Source of the DNA: Candidatus Phascolarctobacterium caballi
Lineage (GTDB): Bacteria; Bacillota; Negativicutes; Acidaminococcales; Acidaminococcaceae
Direction of reading: 5' to 3'
NCBI GenBank assembly: GCA_018065225.1
Contig: JAGHTS010000213.1
Location: 1 to 45,318 of the forward strand
DNA: 45,318 bases
Under the pieces are notes generated by a model. The model saw only the letters and a program-made list of their open reading frames with translations. It was not told where the DNA came from and made no database searches. Made by a program: the position numbers and the translations under genes. Position 1 is the stretch's first letter. The number at the start of each line of letters is the position of its first letter. Shown one piece after another: positions 8,731 through 18,327 of this stretch.

Positions 8731-10164
8731 ATGAGCAATGTATCACATGGCGTAAATGCCAATAAGCAGGCAACGAGTGTTATTACACCAGTTGTTGCAG
8801 ATAGCGGCATTCATTTTGTGGTAGGTACAGCGCCAGTTCATGCAGTGGGTGGAAAGGTCAATGAAGTTATCATGGCTTCAAGCTACGCAGAAGCAGTGCA
8901 GGCGTTAGGGTATTCCGACGACTGGAAGAAATACAGTCTATGCGAGGAAATCTACACAGCATTTATGCTTTTTAATGTATCACCAGTATTTTTTGTCAAT
9001 GTGCTTGACCCTAAAAAGCACAAGAAGACAGTTGCAGCAAAGCAGATGGACATTGTAGACAACCAGATTGTATTACCACTGGAAGCATTAGCAGACACAG
9101 TGGAGGTAACAGACATGGAAAAGGGCGAAGACTTTGACGTGTTCTATTCAGATACAAATTGCGTTGTTGAGTTCTTAAAAGCCGTAAGCGGCAACAAAGC
9201 AGAAGTAAAATACAGTGCAGTTGACCCAACAATGGTTACAAAAGACGAGATTATAGGCGGTTACAGCGTTTCTACGCACAAAACAACTGGTCTTGAACTT
9301 ATCAACACTGTATTTCCACGCTTCACAAAGGTTCCAGACATTATCTTGTGTCCGAATTGGTCACATGACAGCGAGGTTGCAGCTGTAATGTCTGCAAAAG
9401 CAGAGAATATCAATGGTCTTTTTGAAGCAGTAGCAATCCTTGACGTGGACACAGAAGAGGGAAGCGGGGCAACATATTACACAGAGGTTCCAGAGTGGAA
9501 GAAGAAGAAGAACTTTACAAAGAAAACAGAAATTATCTGCTTTCCAAAAGTTGCACTGGGCGAAAAGACATTCAATCTTTCAACACAGCTTGCAAGCAGT
9601 ATGTCAGTTGTTGACAATACAGAAATGTACGGCGGCGGCACACCTTGCGAAAGCGCTTCAAATAAAGGCATTCAAGCAGACAGAATGGTTGTTGCAAACG
9701 GTGATGAAGTTGTTATGGACTTGCAGCAGGCAAATTATCTGAATGAAAACGGAGTTGTAACGGCATTGAATTTCTTCAATGGCTTTGTATCATGGGGAAA
9801 TTATACTGCTTGTTATCCTGCAAACACAGATATTACAGATTATTTCTACTGTATCAACCGTATGTTCAAGTGGGTTGGCAAGACAGCCATTTTGACATAC
9901 TGGAACTATGTTGACAGAGGTATTAAGCGCCGCATTCTTGACGCAATTTTGCAGAGTATGAATGATTGGCTTAACAGTCTTACGGCTGATGAAAAGATAC
10001 TTGGTGGAAGAATTGAACTGAACGAAAGTGAAAACAGCGCAACGGCTTTAATGGCTGGAATTGTACGTTTTCATGTTTACATGACACCACCAAGCCCAAT
10101 GCAGCAGCTTGACTTCATTCTTGAATACGATATGTCATATCTTACAGCAATGATGGCAGCATAG
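8731..10164 (+). CDS. Tail sheath protein
   Basis: 477 aa directly upstream of the tube gene. Its N-terminal 'IHFVVGTAPVH' region is typical of contractile-tail sheath proteins. Confidence 0.85.
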   Translation: MSNVSHGVNANKQATSVITPVVADSGIHFVVGTAPVHAVGGKVNEVIMASSYAEAVQALGYSDDWKKYSLCEEIYTAFMLFNVSPVFFVNVLDPKKHKKTVAAKQMDIVDNQIVLPLEALADTVEVTDMEKGEDFDVFYSDTNCVVEFLKAVSGNKAEVKYSAVDPTMVTKDEIIGGYSVSTHKTTGLELINTVFPRFTKVPDIILCPNWSHDSEVAAVMSAKAENINGLFEAVAILDVDTEEGSGATYYTEVPEWKKKKNFTKKTEIICFPKVALGEKTFNLSTQLASSMSVVDNTEMYGGGTPCESASNKGIQADRMVVANGDEVVMDLQQANYLNENGVVTALNFFNGFVSWGNYTACYPANTDITDYFYCINRMFKWVGKTAILTYWNYVDRGIKRRILDAILQSMNDWLNSLTADEKILGGRIELNESENSATALMAGIVRFHVYMTPPSPMQQLDFILEYDMSYLTAMMAA

Positions 10165-10177
10165 GAGGTGAAAGAAG

Positions 10178-10696
10178 ATGGCAAAAGTTGATGAATTAGT
10201 TGTAAACTACGCAATCTATGAGGACGCAACAGAGTACATGGGAACAACAGAGGTTACATTACCAGATTTGGAGTACATGACAGAGGAAATCAGCGGCGCA
10301 GGGATTGCAGGTGCGGTTGAAGAGATTATCACTGGTCATTTGAATGCAATGACAACAACTTTCAATTTCAGAACCGTATCAGCGGCAGCAGTCAAACTTA
10401 TGGAACCAAGAGTGCATAAGATTGATTTAAGAGTTGCACAGCAGCAAATGAACATGAGAACGAGCGAAAATGAAATCAACGCCGTTAAGCACATTATGAA
10501 AGTGAAGCCAAAGAAAACAGCGCTTGGCAAGGTTGCTTCTGCTTCAACTGCTGATGTAAGCGGCGAATATGCAGTGTCCTACTATGCAATGTATATGGCA
10601 GGCAAGAAAGTGACCGAGATTGACCCGCTCAACTTTATTTGTATTATCAATGGCAAAGATTATTTGGCAGACGTCAGAAAGGCACTTGGTAAGTAA
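10178..10696 (+). CDS. Tail tube protein (P2 FII / XkdM-like)
   Basis: 172 aa. 'YMGTTEVTLPDLEYMTEEISGAGIAGAVEE' resembles FII-type tube proteins. Position follows the sheath gene. Confidence 0.75.
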   Translation: MAKVDELVVNYAIYEDATEYMGTTEVTLPDLEYMTEEISGAGIAGAVEEIITGHLNAMTTTFNFRTVSAAAVKLMEPRVHKIDLRVAQQQMNMRTSENEINAVKHIMKVKPKKTALGKVASASTADVSGEYAVSYYAMYMAGKKVTEIDPLNFICIINGKDYLADVRKALGK

Positions 10697-10711
10697 TAAG
10701 ACAATCAACCG

Positions 10712-10742
10712 GGAAGACCAGCAGAAATACTGCTGGTTTTCC
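10712..10742 (+). terminator. Stem-loop after the sheath-tube genes (attenuator or RNA stabiliser)
   Basis: 13-bp stem (ggaagaccagcag / ctgctggttttcc, one G-U pair) with loop aaata. The T-run lies inside the 3' arm. Confidence 0.5.
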
Positions 10743-10774
10743 TGCATTTAGAAAATATTTTGGAGGAAAGAAAA

Positions 10775-11176
10775 ATGACAGATACAACAACTACTAATGT
10801 AACAGCGCAGGAGCAGGAAATGAAAGAAGCGCAGGCAAGCGGAACGGTAAGTTTTGAAGATAAAAAGGCAGAAAAAGAAAACAGCCTTAATTATACACAC
10901 ACTTTCAAGACGCCAAGAGAGATTGAGGGCAAAAAGTACACTTCTTTGACTTTCTATTTTGAGAAGTTGACTGGTGAAGACATAGAAGCAGTGGAAGCAG
11001 AATTGCAGGACCAGAACAAGTATGTTTTAAGCCCGGAAATCTCTTCTGCATTCCAGTGTATTCTTGCGGCAAAAGCAGCTGGCGTGGCTTCTGATGAAAT
11101 CAGACGTCTTCCAGTGCCAGACTATATGAAGATTAAGAATGCGGCAAGAGATTTTTTAATCGCTACGGGTTATTAA
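10775..11176 (+). CDS. Tail assembly chaperone (0-frame product)
   Basis: ATG after GGAGG. Acidic 133-aa protein between tube and tape measure. Ends 18 nt after a T_TTT_TTA slippery heptamer. Confidence 0.7.
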   Translation: MTDTTTTNVTAQEQEMKEAQASGTVSFEDKKAEKENSLNYTHTFKTPREIEGKKYTSLTFYFEKLTGEDIEAVEAELQDQNKYVLSPEISSAFQCILAAKAAGVASDEIRRLPVPDYMKIKNAARDFLIATGY

Positions 11177-11355
11177 GAGTTAAGAACCCGTCAAACTTCA
11201 TAAGAAAGCAAGTGTATAAAATGTCAAGGGCTTCACACACGCCAGCCCAGTTCTGGTTACAAATGCCGTTGCGAAGATTTTTCAACTGGATAGAAAGTGT
11301 AAACGAGGTTGAGGAAGAAGAAGCAAAGGAACGAAACAAGAACAACAATGCGTAG
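10775..11355 (+). CDS. Tail assembly chaperone, -1 frameshift extended product
   Basis: Heptamer T TTT TTA (11152-11158) is in the correct 0-frame phase. The -1 frame is then open for 66 codons to TAG 11353-11355, filling the otherwise non-coding gap before the tape measure gene. Confidence 0.6.
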
Positions 11356-11369
11356 GGAGGTGAAACAGC

Positions 11370-14300
11370 TTGGCAGGGTCACAAAAGGAATTTGAACTGC
11401 TTTTTAAGCTGAAAGCGTCGCTGGGTGGTGATTTTAACAGCACATTCAAAAGCGCAATAAACACCAATAACCAGCTGCGGGACAGCTTAAAAAATGTAAA
11501 TTCCCTACAATCAAAAATCGACGGCTACACAAAGCAGTCTGCCGCTATTGACAAGAACAAAGAACGGCTGGCGCAGTTGAATGCTGAACATGACAGATTG
11601 CAGCAGGAGTTACAGCAGACAAGTGAACCAACAGAAGCGCTGCGGCGCAAGTTGGAAAAGAATGAAACCCAGATACAACAGACCACTGCCAAAATTAAAG
11701 AACAAGAACAACAGTTAGACACATACGGACAAGAACTGCGGGAAGCGGGAATAAATACAGATAATCTGGAAGAAGCAAACGGGCGCTTGCAGAGGTCATA
11801 CGATAAATTAAAGACTTCACAACAGACTTTGCAGCAGATAAATGAAAAACAGCAGCAAGTCAACGCCAGCATATCACAGACAAAAGGGCAATTATTGGGA
11901 ACTATCGGAACAATAAGCGCCGTTGCAGCTGCGGTATATGCTGGACCAGTGCAGTCAGCACAAGAGTATGAAACTGCAATGGCAAAGGTGGCAACCATTG
12001 CCGACACGTCGGCGGTTCCATTAGAAGCAATGTCACAACAGATTGTCGCATTGTCAAATCAAACTGGAATTTCAGCCAATGCGATTGCAGATGATGTTTA
12101 CAACGCTATTTCAGCGGGTCAGAACACAGCCGACGCAGTAAATTTTGTAACAAACAGTACAAAACTTGCGAAAGCGGGTTTTGCGGAGAGTTCACAAACA
12201 CTGGACGTACTAACAACCATACTGAACGCCTATGGAATGTCAGCGGATAAAGTAGGTGCGGTATCAGATATGCTGATACAGACCCAGAACAAAGGTAAAG
12301 TCACCGTTGGCGAATTATCAAGCGTTATGGGCAAGGTTATTCCAACAGCCAATTCAAACGGCGTAGCGCTGGAACAATTAACAGCCAGCTACGCAATAAT
12401 GACAAGCAAAGGTATTGCAGCGGCAGAAACAACAACATACTTAAACAGTATGATGAATGAACTTGGAAAGTCTGGAACAAAGACTGACAAGCTGCTGCGG
12501 TCTGCAACTGGAAGCAGTTTCAAAGAATTGATGGCAAGCGGAAAAAGTCTGGGTGATGTACTGCAAATCGTGCAGGACGAAGCAGCAAAAAGCGGACTAT
12601 CAATGGCTGATATGTTCGGAAGCGCAGAAGCCGGAAAAGCAGCAGTAACGTTGCTGTCAAATGGAGTAGACGGCTTTAATTCAAGTGTTCAAGACATGGT
12701 AAACAGCGTTGGTGCAACGAATACAGCGTTTGAAACAATGGACAAGACCACAGAAGCTAAAATGCAGAAAGCAAAGAACAGCATTTCTAATTTAAGCATT
12801 GTACTTGGACAAAACTTGCTGCCGATTGTAGGAAATCTGGCTGACAAGGTAGCAACGCTGGTAACGAAAGTGTCAGAATTTGCGCAGGAAAACCCAAAAG
12901 CCGTGCAAACGGTAATGAAGATGGTTGCAGGCTTTGCAGGGCTTAAAGTGGCAAGTTTGGGAACAAAACTTGGTTTTCTGGAAGCAAAAAAAGGCGTGCT
13001 GGGAATTATGGCAGCCTTTGAAAAATTCAAAGCACTTAAAGCAGCAGAAAGTCTGGGCGGCATAGCAACAAAAGCGGGAGGAATTGCAGTAAAACTGGGA
13101 CCAATCGTGGCAGTTGCAGCAGCAATAGGCGCAGCAATTTACTATGTGGCAAACAACCTTGAAGACGTCCGGGCAAATATACAACAGACATTCGGTGACG
13201 AGGGGTTGAAGATATTTGATGAAGTCTGGGCGTCAATAACAATGGTTGGCGACGCATTCAAGACAGCGTTTGCGGGTGTTTCAACAGATGTATTTTCAAC
13301 ACTTCAACAGATACTACCGACAATTATTTCAACACTAAAAACGGCAGCAACAAGCATATTACCAGTACTGGTACAGCTTGTGACGCAGCTTGCACCGTTG
13401 TTGGCACAATTTATATCAGCAATACTTCCAGTTCTGGGACAGTTGATAACGGCAATCATTCAAATTGCAGGAAATCTGATAACGGCGGTATTGCCTATCA
13501 TAATTGAATTGATAGCGCAGCTAATACCAGTCATAACGCAGATTATATCAGCAATACTTCCAGTGATTATTGAATTGCTCAATACTTTGGTGCCAATAGT
13601 AATGCAGATTATATCAGCAATATTGCCAGTGATTATCGAGTTGCTGAACACATTATTGCCAGTGATAATGCAGATAATTCAAGCGGTGCTGCCAATTATT
13701 ATTGAACTACTAAACCAGCTAATGCCTATTATTCAAATGATAGTGAGTGCAATTTTACCAATGCTGGTGCAGGTGATAAATGCTTTGTTGCCATTGTTCC
13801 AAACAATCATAAGCGCAATTTTGCCAGTGCTAACAACTCTAATAAATGCGCTGGTTCCAGTAATTCAAGTTTTGGCGTCTGTTTTGTCGTCGGTGCTTGG
13901 TGGAGCGCTTACAACGATAACAAATATCGTTCAAAGCGTAATGACGGTATTTCAAGGCTTGATTGACTTTATAACTGGTGTATTTACTGGTAATTGGTCG
14001 CAGGCTTGGAATGGAATAAAAGAAATTTTCTCCGGCGCAGTAAGCGGGCTTGGCGAGATTATAAAAGCGCCTTTGCGTGCGGTTGTTTCCGCAGTGAATG
14101 GTGTTATATCTGGACTTAATCAATTAAAGGTTCCAGACTGGGTGCCGGGCATTGGAGGAAAAGGCATAAACATTCCGTTGATACCGGGATTTGCAAAAGG
14201 TACATTATCAACACCAGATACGTTCATTGCTGGTGAGAATGGACCAGAGTTAATAACAAACGCACCGGGGCGCACGGTGTTTACAGCTGACCAGACCAGA

Positions 14301-14594
14301 AATATTATGGCAGCACAAAACATGGCTGCGACAGCGCCAACAGTAGCAGCAGGACAAGCAACAGCCGCACAAACCGTGAATACAACAGCGCCAGAGGTTA
14401 CACCGGGAGCAGGAAGCGGAAATGGCGGCACAAATAACTTTACCATCAATAACAATCCAACAATCGTAATTGAGGGCGACAAGCCGGAAGACTTGGACGC
14501 AAAGCTGGAAGAGAACAACCAGCGCTTGTTACGTGAAATGGAAGATTTGATGGACCAGAAAAAAGACAAGGAGGAGCGGCAGCGGTATGACTAA
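11370..14594 (+). CDS. Tape measure protein
   Basis: 1074 aa, TTG start after GGGAGGTG. Coiled-coil N-terminus, hydrophobic repeat core, position after the chaperone. Confidence 0.9.
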   Translation: MAGSQKEFELLFKLKASLGGDFNSTFKSAINTNNQLRDSLKNVNSLQSKIDGYTKQSAAIDKNKERLAQLNAEHDRLQQELQQTSEPTEALRRKLEKNETQIQQTTAKIKEQEQQLDTYGQELREAGINTDNLEEANGRLQRSYDKLKTSQQTLQQINEKQQQVNASISQTKGQLLGTIGTISAVAAAVYAGPVQSAQEYETAMAKVATIADTSAVPLEAMSQQIVALSNQTGISANAIADDVYNAISAGQNTADAVNFVTNSTKLAKAGFAESSQTLDVLTTILNAYGMSADKVGAVSDMLIQTQNKGKVTVGELSSVMGKVIPTANSNGVALEQLTASYAIMTSKGIAAAETTTYLNSMMNELGKSGTKTDKLLRSATGSSFKELMASGKSLGDVLQIVQDEAAKSGLSMADMFGSAEAGKAAVTLLSNGVDGFNSSVQDMVNSVGATNTAFETMDKTTEAKMQKAKNSISNLSIVLGQNLLPIVGNLADKVATLVTKVSEFAQENPKAVQTVMKMVAGFAGLKVASLGTKLGFLEAKKGVLGIMAAFEKFKALKAAESLGGIATKAGGIAVKLGPIVAVAAAIGAAIYYVANNLEDVRANIQQTFGDEGLKIFDEVWASITMVGDAFKTAFAGVSTDVFSTLQQILPTIISTLKTAATSILPVLVQLVTQLAPLLAQFISAILPVLGQLITAIIQIAGNLITAVLPIIIELIAQLIPVITQIISAILPVIIELLNTLVPIVMQIISAILPVIIELLNTLLPVIMQIIQAVLPIIIELLNQLMPIIQMIVSAILPMLVQVINALLPLFQTIISAILPVLTTLINALVPVIQVLASVLSSVLGGALTTITNIVQSVMTVFQGLIDFITGVFTGNWSQAWNGIKEIFSGAVSGLGEIIKAPLRAVVSAVNGVISGLNQLKVPDWVPGIGGKGINIPLIPGFAKGTLSTPDTFIAGENGPELITNAPGRTVFTADQTRNIMAAQNMAATAPTVAAGQATAAQTVNTTAPEVTPGAGSGNGGTNNFTINNNPTIVIEGDKPEDLDAKLEENNQRLLREMEDLMDQKKDKEERQRYD
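13411..13870 (+). repeat. 66-bp (22-aa, 11-aa sub-period) tandem repeats inside the tape measure gene
   Basis: 'atatcagcaatacttccagt' recurs at 13414 and 13545, and a variant ('atatcagcaatattgccagt') at 13611. Protein units 'ISAILPVIIELLNTLVPIVMQI' repeat about 7 times with drift. Confidence 0.75.
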
Positions 14595-14802
14595 AAGCTA
14601 TACAACAGTTTCCGGGGATATGTGGGACAAGATAGCATTTGAACAAATGGGAAGCGTCCTACACACAGACAAACTGATGAAAGCAAATGTCAAGCACGCC
14701 AGCACCTACGTTTTTCCAGCCGGGGTTGTTTTAACAATCCCGGAAGTGGAAGACGAAGAAGACATGGAATTGCCACCATGGAAAAGGGGGCTGCTGACAT
14801 AG
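14587..14802 (+). CDS. Tail protein X-like (LysM-like fold)
   Basis: 71 aa. 'YTTVSGDMWDKIAFEQMG..VFPAGVVLTIPEV' follows the P2 gpX / XkdP pattern. Overlaps the tape measure gene end. Confidence 0.65.
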   Translation: MTKSYTTVSGDMWDKIAFEQMGSVLHTDKLMKANVKHASTYVFPAGVVLTIPEVEDEEDMELPPWKRGLLT

Positions 14803-14803
14803 T

Positions 14804-16102
14804 ATGAGTGATAAGAACATGGCACGCAGAGTTGAACTGCGGTTGAAGTTTCAAAATGTCAAGGTTCCAGCTGATATAAACAAATATTTAAGCAGTCTGA
14901 CTTTCACTGATGAAGAAGAAGACAACGCAGACGACTTACAGATTGCGTTTGATGATAGAGAAAGAAAATGGCTTGGAAGCTGGCTGGAAGTAAAACCAAC
15001 AGTAATAAAAACAACAGTGCAGGTAAACAAGCAGGTTGAAGCAGAAAAAGTGGAAAATTACGTGGTCAAAAAAGGCGACACGCTTTGGGCTATTGCTGCA
15101 AAGTATCTTGGAAGCGGCACGAAATATCCACAAATTGCACAAGAAAATAACATAAAGAACCCCAATTTGATTTATCCGGGGCAAGTATTAAAAATAACAG
15201 CCGGAGGAACGGCAACACAGACGGTAACAGAAACAAAAGAGAGTACGCAAAAAGTATCAGACCCAAAATTGATAACAGCAACTATTGTTCAGAAGAATTG
15301 GCACGACAACGGAAAAGACGCAGTGCTTGACTGCGGAACGTTTGAACTGGACAGCATAGACGCAAGCGGACCGCCTACAAAAATAACATTAAAAGGCACG
15401 TCAATTCCGTACACGTCAACAATGAGAACGTGCAAGAAGTCAAGAGCGTGGGAAAATACAACATTGCAGGTTATAGCAGAACAGCTGGCAAAAGAAAGCG
15501 CACTGAAATTGATGTACCTTGCAAGTAAAAACCCAACATACAAGCGAAAAGAGCAGGTGCAGAAGTCGGATATTGCATTTCTTCAAAAACTATGCAAGGC
15601 GTCTGGACTTGCCTTGAAAGTAACAACGCTTGCAGTGGTTATTTACGACGCAGAAGAATACGACAAAAAGCCAGCTATTAAGACTATAAAATACGGCAGC
15701 GGTGATTATTTATCATTTAAGCTGGGAACCAGTCTGCATGATACAGCATACACAAGTTGTCATGTATCATACACAGACCCAGACAGCAAAGAAACTATTG
15801 AAAGTACATACACACCAGACAGCAAAGAGGGAACCGGGCAAGTGCTTGAAGTCAACGAAAAGGTAACAAGTACGCAGGAAGCATACGAACTGGCAAAAAA
15901 GAGATTGAGAGAAAAGAACACACAGCAGTTTACAGCAAGTTTTACAATGCTTGGCGACGTGCAGCTGGTAGCAGGTGCGACGGTAAAATTAAAGGGCTTT
16001 CAAGAGTTCGACAGAAAATACAAGATAACAAAGGCAACACACAAGCTGACGGGAGGATATACAACAGCTATTGAATTAAAACAGATATTGGAGGGCTATT
16101 GA
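14804..16102 (+). CDS. Tail/baseplate hub protein (P2 gpD / XkdQ-like) with an inserted LysM motif
   Basis: 432 aa after the gpX-like gene. LysM 'YVVKKGDTLWAIAAKYLGSGTKYPQIAQENNIKNPNLIYPGQVLKI'. Confidence 0.6.
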   Translation: MSDKNMARRVELRLKFQNVKVPADINKYLSSLTFTDEEEDNADDLQIAFDDRERKWLGSWLEVKPTVIKTTVQVNKQVEAEKVENYVVKKGDTLWAIAAKYLGSGTKYPQIAQENNIKNPNLIYPGQVLKITAGGTATQTVTETKESTQKVSDPKLITATIVQKNWHDNGKDAVLDCGTFELDSIDASGPPTKITLKGTSIPYTSTMRTCKKSRAWENTTLQVIAEQLAKESALKLMYLASKNPTYKRKEQVQKSDIAFLQKLCKASGLALKVTTLAVVIYDAEEYDKKPAIKTIKYGSGDYLSFKLGTSLHDTAYTSCHVSYTDPDSKETIESTYTPDSKEGTGQVLEVNEKVTSTQEAYELAKKRLREKNTQQFTASFTMLGDVQLVAGATVKLKGFQEFDRKYKITKATHKLTGGYTTAIELKQILEGY

Positions 16103-16452
16103 TGGCAGACTTGACAGAATTAAAAAACGCAATACGAATTGGAACAGTGCAGAGCGTAAATGAAAAAGCTATGACAGCCCGTGTGAAATTCAAAGATAAA
16201 GGCGGCATTGTGTCTGGTGATTTACACATAATAAAACGCCCAGTGTATGTGCTGCCAGCAATGGAAAGCGGGCTGGAAGCACAAACGGCACAAACAAAGC
16301 TGAAATATGACTACAACGGGGAATTGCTAAAAGAAATATCGCATAAACACGACGCCTTTATATCAGCTTGGGTTCCGTCAGTAAATGACATGGTGCTTTG
16401 CATTATGCTTCCAGATGGCGACGGCGACGGCTTTATTATAGGGGAGGTGTAA
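16099..16452 (+). CDS. Baseplate spike/assembly protein (gpV / XkdR-like)
   Basis: 117 aa with ATGA overlap. 'IRIGTVQSVNEKAMTARVKFKD' resembles the gpV-type OB-fold N-terminus. Confidence 0.55.
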   Translation: MMADLTELKNAIRIGTVQSVNEKAMTARVKFKDKGGIVSGDLHIIKRPVYVLPAMESGLEAQTAQTKLKYDYNGELLKEISHKHDAFISAWVPSVNDMVLCIMLPDGDGDGFIIGEV

Positions 16453-16454
16453 GC

Positions 16455-16856
16455 GTGGCAAAAATAGGCAGCTTTGGCGACTTGGTTTTTTCTGTATCAG
16501 ACAATACAGTGAGGACATTTGACAAGCTATCATGGAAAGTATCTGCGAAGTACGCAACACACGATAGACATATAAAGCGTGATGTTATGGAGTTTTTGGG
16601 ACCAGAGCCAGCAAGCATTGATTTTCAGATGGCGTTTTCGGTGTTCCACGGCACAAACCCGCTAAACGAAATCAAAAAGCTAAATAAAATGGTAAACAAA
16701 GGCATAACAGCAAGGTTGGTGCTGGGCGGCAAGAAATACGGTTCGTACAAATGGGTGATAACTTCTGTAAGCAGCGAACTTGAAAAGTACGACAATAAAG
16801 GTAATTGCTGGGCAGCAACAGCGAAAGTGACATTAAAAGAATATCCGAAGAGGTGA
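16455..16856 (+). CDS. Tail protein (P2 gpU-like, tentative)
   Basis: GTG 16455 after GGGGAGGTG. The ORF-track start at 16398 overlaps the previous gene in another frame. Confidence 0.4.
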   Translation: MAKIGSFGDLVFSVSDNTVRTFDKLSWKVSAKYATHDRHIKRDVMEFLGPEPASIDFQMAFSVFHGTNPLNEIKKLNKMVNKGITARLVLGGKKYGSYKWVITSVSSELEKYDNKGNCWAATAKVTLKEYPKR

Positions 16857-16862
16857 TGAATT

Positions 16863-17192
16863 ATGGACGTTATAAGGGGCGACGGGTCATTGCTAAAAGA
16901 AATAGACCTTGCACCAGCTAACGAACATCAAGAAGTGCTGCAAAATGTGGCAGTAATTCTTGATACGGTGCAAAATTCATGCCCTATGTTCCGTGATTTG
17001 GGATTGCCGGGCGGTTCATTACACAGACCGCAGAATGTAGTTGAAAATATGCTGGTTGGCTACATATACGACCAGATAGAGGAATACGAACCACGGGCAG
17101 TAGTGGCAGACATACAATTTGAACATGACGCAGCGACGGGGCGCACAATACCGTTAGTATATTTGCAGGAGGTGGAAACAGACAATGAGTGA
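16863..17192 (+). CDS. Baseplate wedge protein (gpW/gp25-like, XkdS-like)
   Basis: 109 aa immediately before the Baseplate-J-like gene, which it overlaps by 8 nt. Confidence 0.6.
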   Translation: MDVIRGDGSLLKEIDLAPANEHQEVLQNVAVILDTVQNSCPMFRDLGLPGGSLHRPQNVVENMLVGYIYDQIEEYEPRAVVADIQFEHDAATGRTIPLVYLQEVETDNE

Positions 17193-18327
17193 TAGAAAAT
17201 ACCCAGACATTGACTTTGTGGAAACTGACACAGAAACCATTGAAAGCAGCTTAATTGCATTATATGAAAGTCTGGTGCAGCAGGTGCCGGGGCGTGAAAG
17301 ATACAAACTGTACCCAGCTTCACCAGAAAGACTGTTCATATCATGGATAACGTCAGTGATTGTTCAACAACGTGTATTGATAAATGAAACGGCAAAGAAA
17401 AACGTACCGAGATATGCAGACGGTGAATATTTGGACAGCTTGGCAGAATTATTCAAAGACATTGAAAGGCTGCCAGCAAGTCCGGCGTCAGCAATATTCC
17501 GCTTTTACATATCAGAAGCGCAGAAACAATCAATAATCATTCCGAAAGGCACCAGAATTTCTTTTGACGGTGCCATTTTATTTGAAACAACAGAAAATCT
17601 GGAAATAAAAGCAGGGAACACATACGGCGACATTGAGGGTGTATGCACTACGGCGGGGGAGGTTGGAAACAATCTGGCAGCAGGGCAAGTAAAAGAAATT
17701 GTTGACCTATACGACTACTACCAGAAAGCGGAAAACATAACAGCAACAAGCGGAGGTGCGGAGCAGGAAGACGACGCAAGCTATTATGAAAGAATGCGTG
17801 AGAGCATGGAGAGTTTCAGCACAGCGGGTCCAGTAAACGGCTATATATATTTTACAAAGTCGGTATCAGCGGCAGTTTCAGACGTGGCAGTGACAAGCCC
17901 GCAGGCTTGCGAAGTTGACGTGCGGGTGCTTTTACAGAACGGGGAACAACCGACAGAAGCAGTATTGAAAGAGATTGAAGACGCTTTGAACGCTTCTGAT
18001 ATAAGACCACTGACAGACAGAGTGAAAGTATCGGTTCCACAAACGGTGCCTTTTGACGTGGACGTGACATTTTATATATCACAGCCGAATGCAGCAAGTG
18101 CAGCAATCATTGAAAGCACAGCACGGCAGGCGGTAGAAGATTATATATCATGGCAGCAAAGCAAGATGGGAAGAGATATAAACCCGTCATACTTGACAGC
18201 AAAACTGATGGAAGCAGGCGTGAAGCGTGTTGAAGTCAGAAAGCCAGTATATACGGTTGTTGATGATATAAAAGTTGCAAAGCTGGGAAGTAAAACGGTA
18301 TTGAATGGAGGTATTGAGAATGTCTAA
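17185..18327 (+). CDS. Baseplate J-like protein
   Basis: 380 aa. Size, position and overall pattern match P2 gpJ / XkdT. Confidence 0.75.
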   Translation: MSDRKYPDIDFVETDTETIESSLIALYESLVQQVPGRERYKLYPASPERLFISWITSVIVQQRVLINETAKKNVPRYADGEYLDSLAELFKDIERLPASPASAIFRFYISEAQKQSIIIPKGTRISFDGAILFETTENLEIKAGNTYGDIEGVCTTAGEVGNNLAAGQVKEIVDLYDYYQKAENITATSGGAEQEDDASYYERMRESMESFSTAGPVNGYIYFTKSVSAAVSDVAVTSPQACEVDVRVLLQNGEQPTEAVLKEIEDALNASDIRPLTDRVKVSVPQTVPFDVDVTFYISQPNAASAAIIESTARQAVEDYISWQQSKMGRDINPSYLTAKLMEAGVKRVEVRKPVYTVVDDIKVAKLGSKTVLNGGIENV

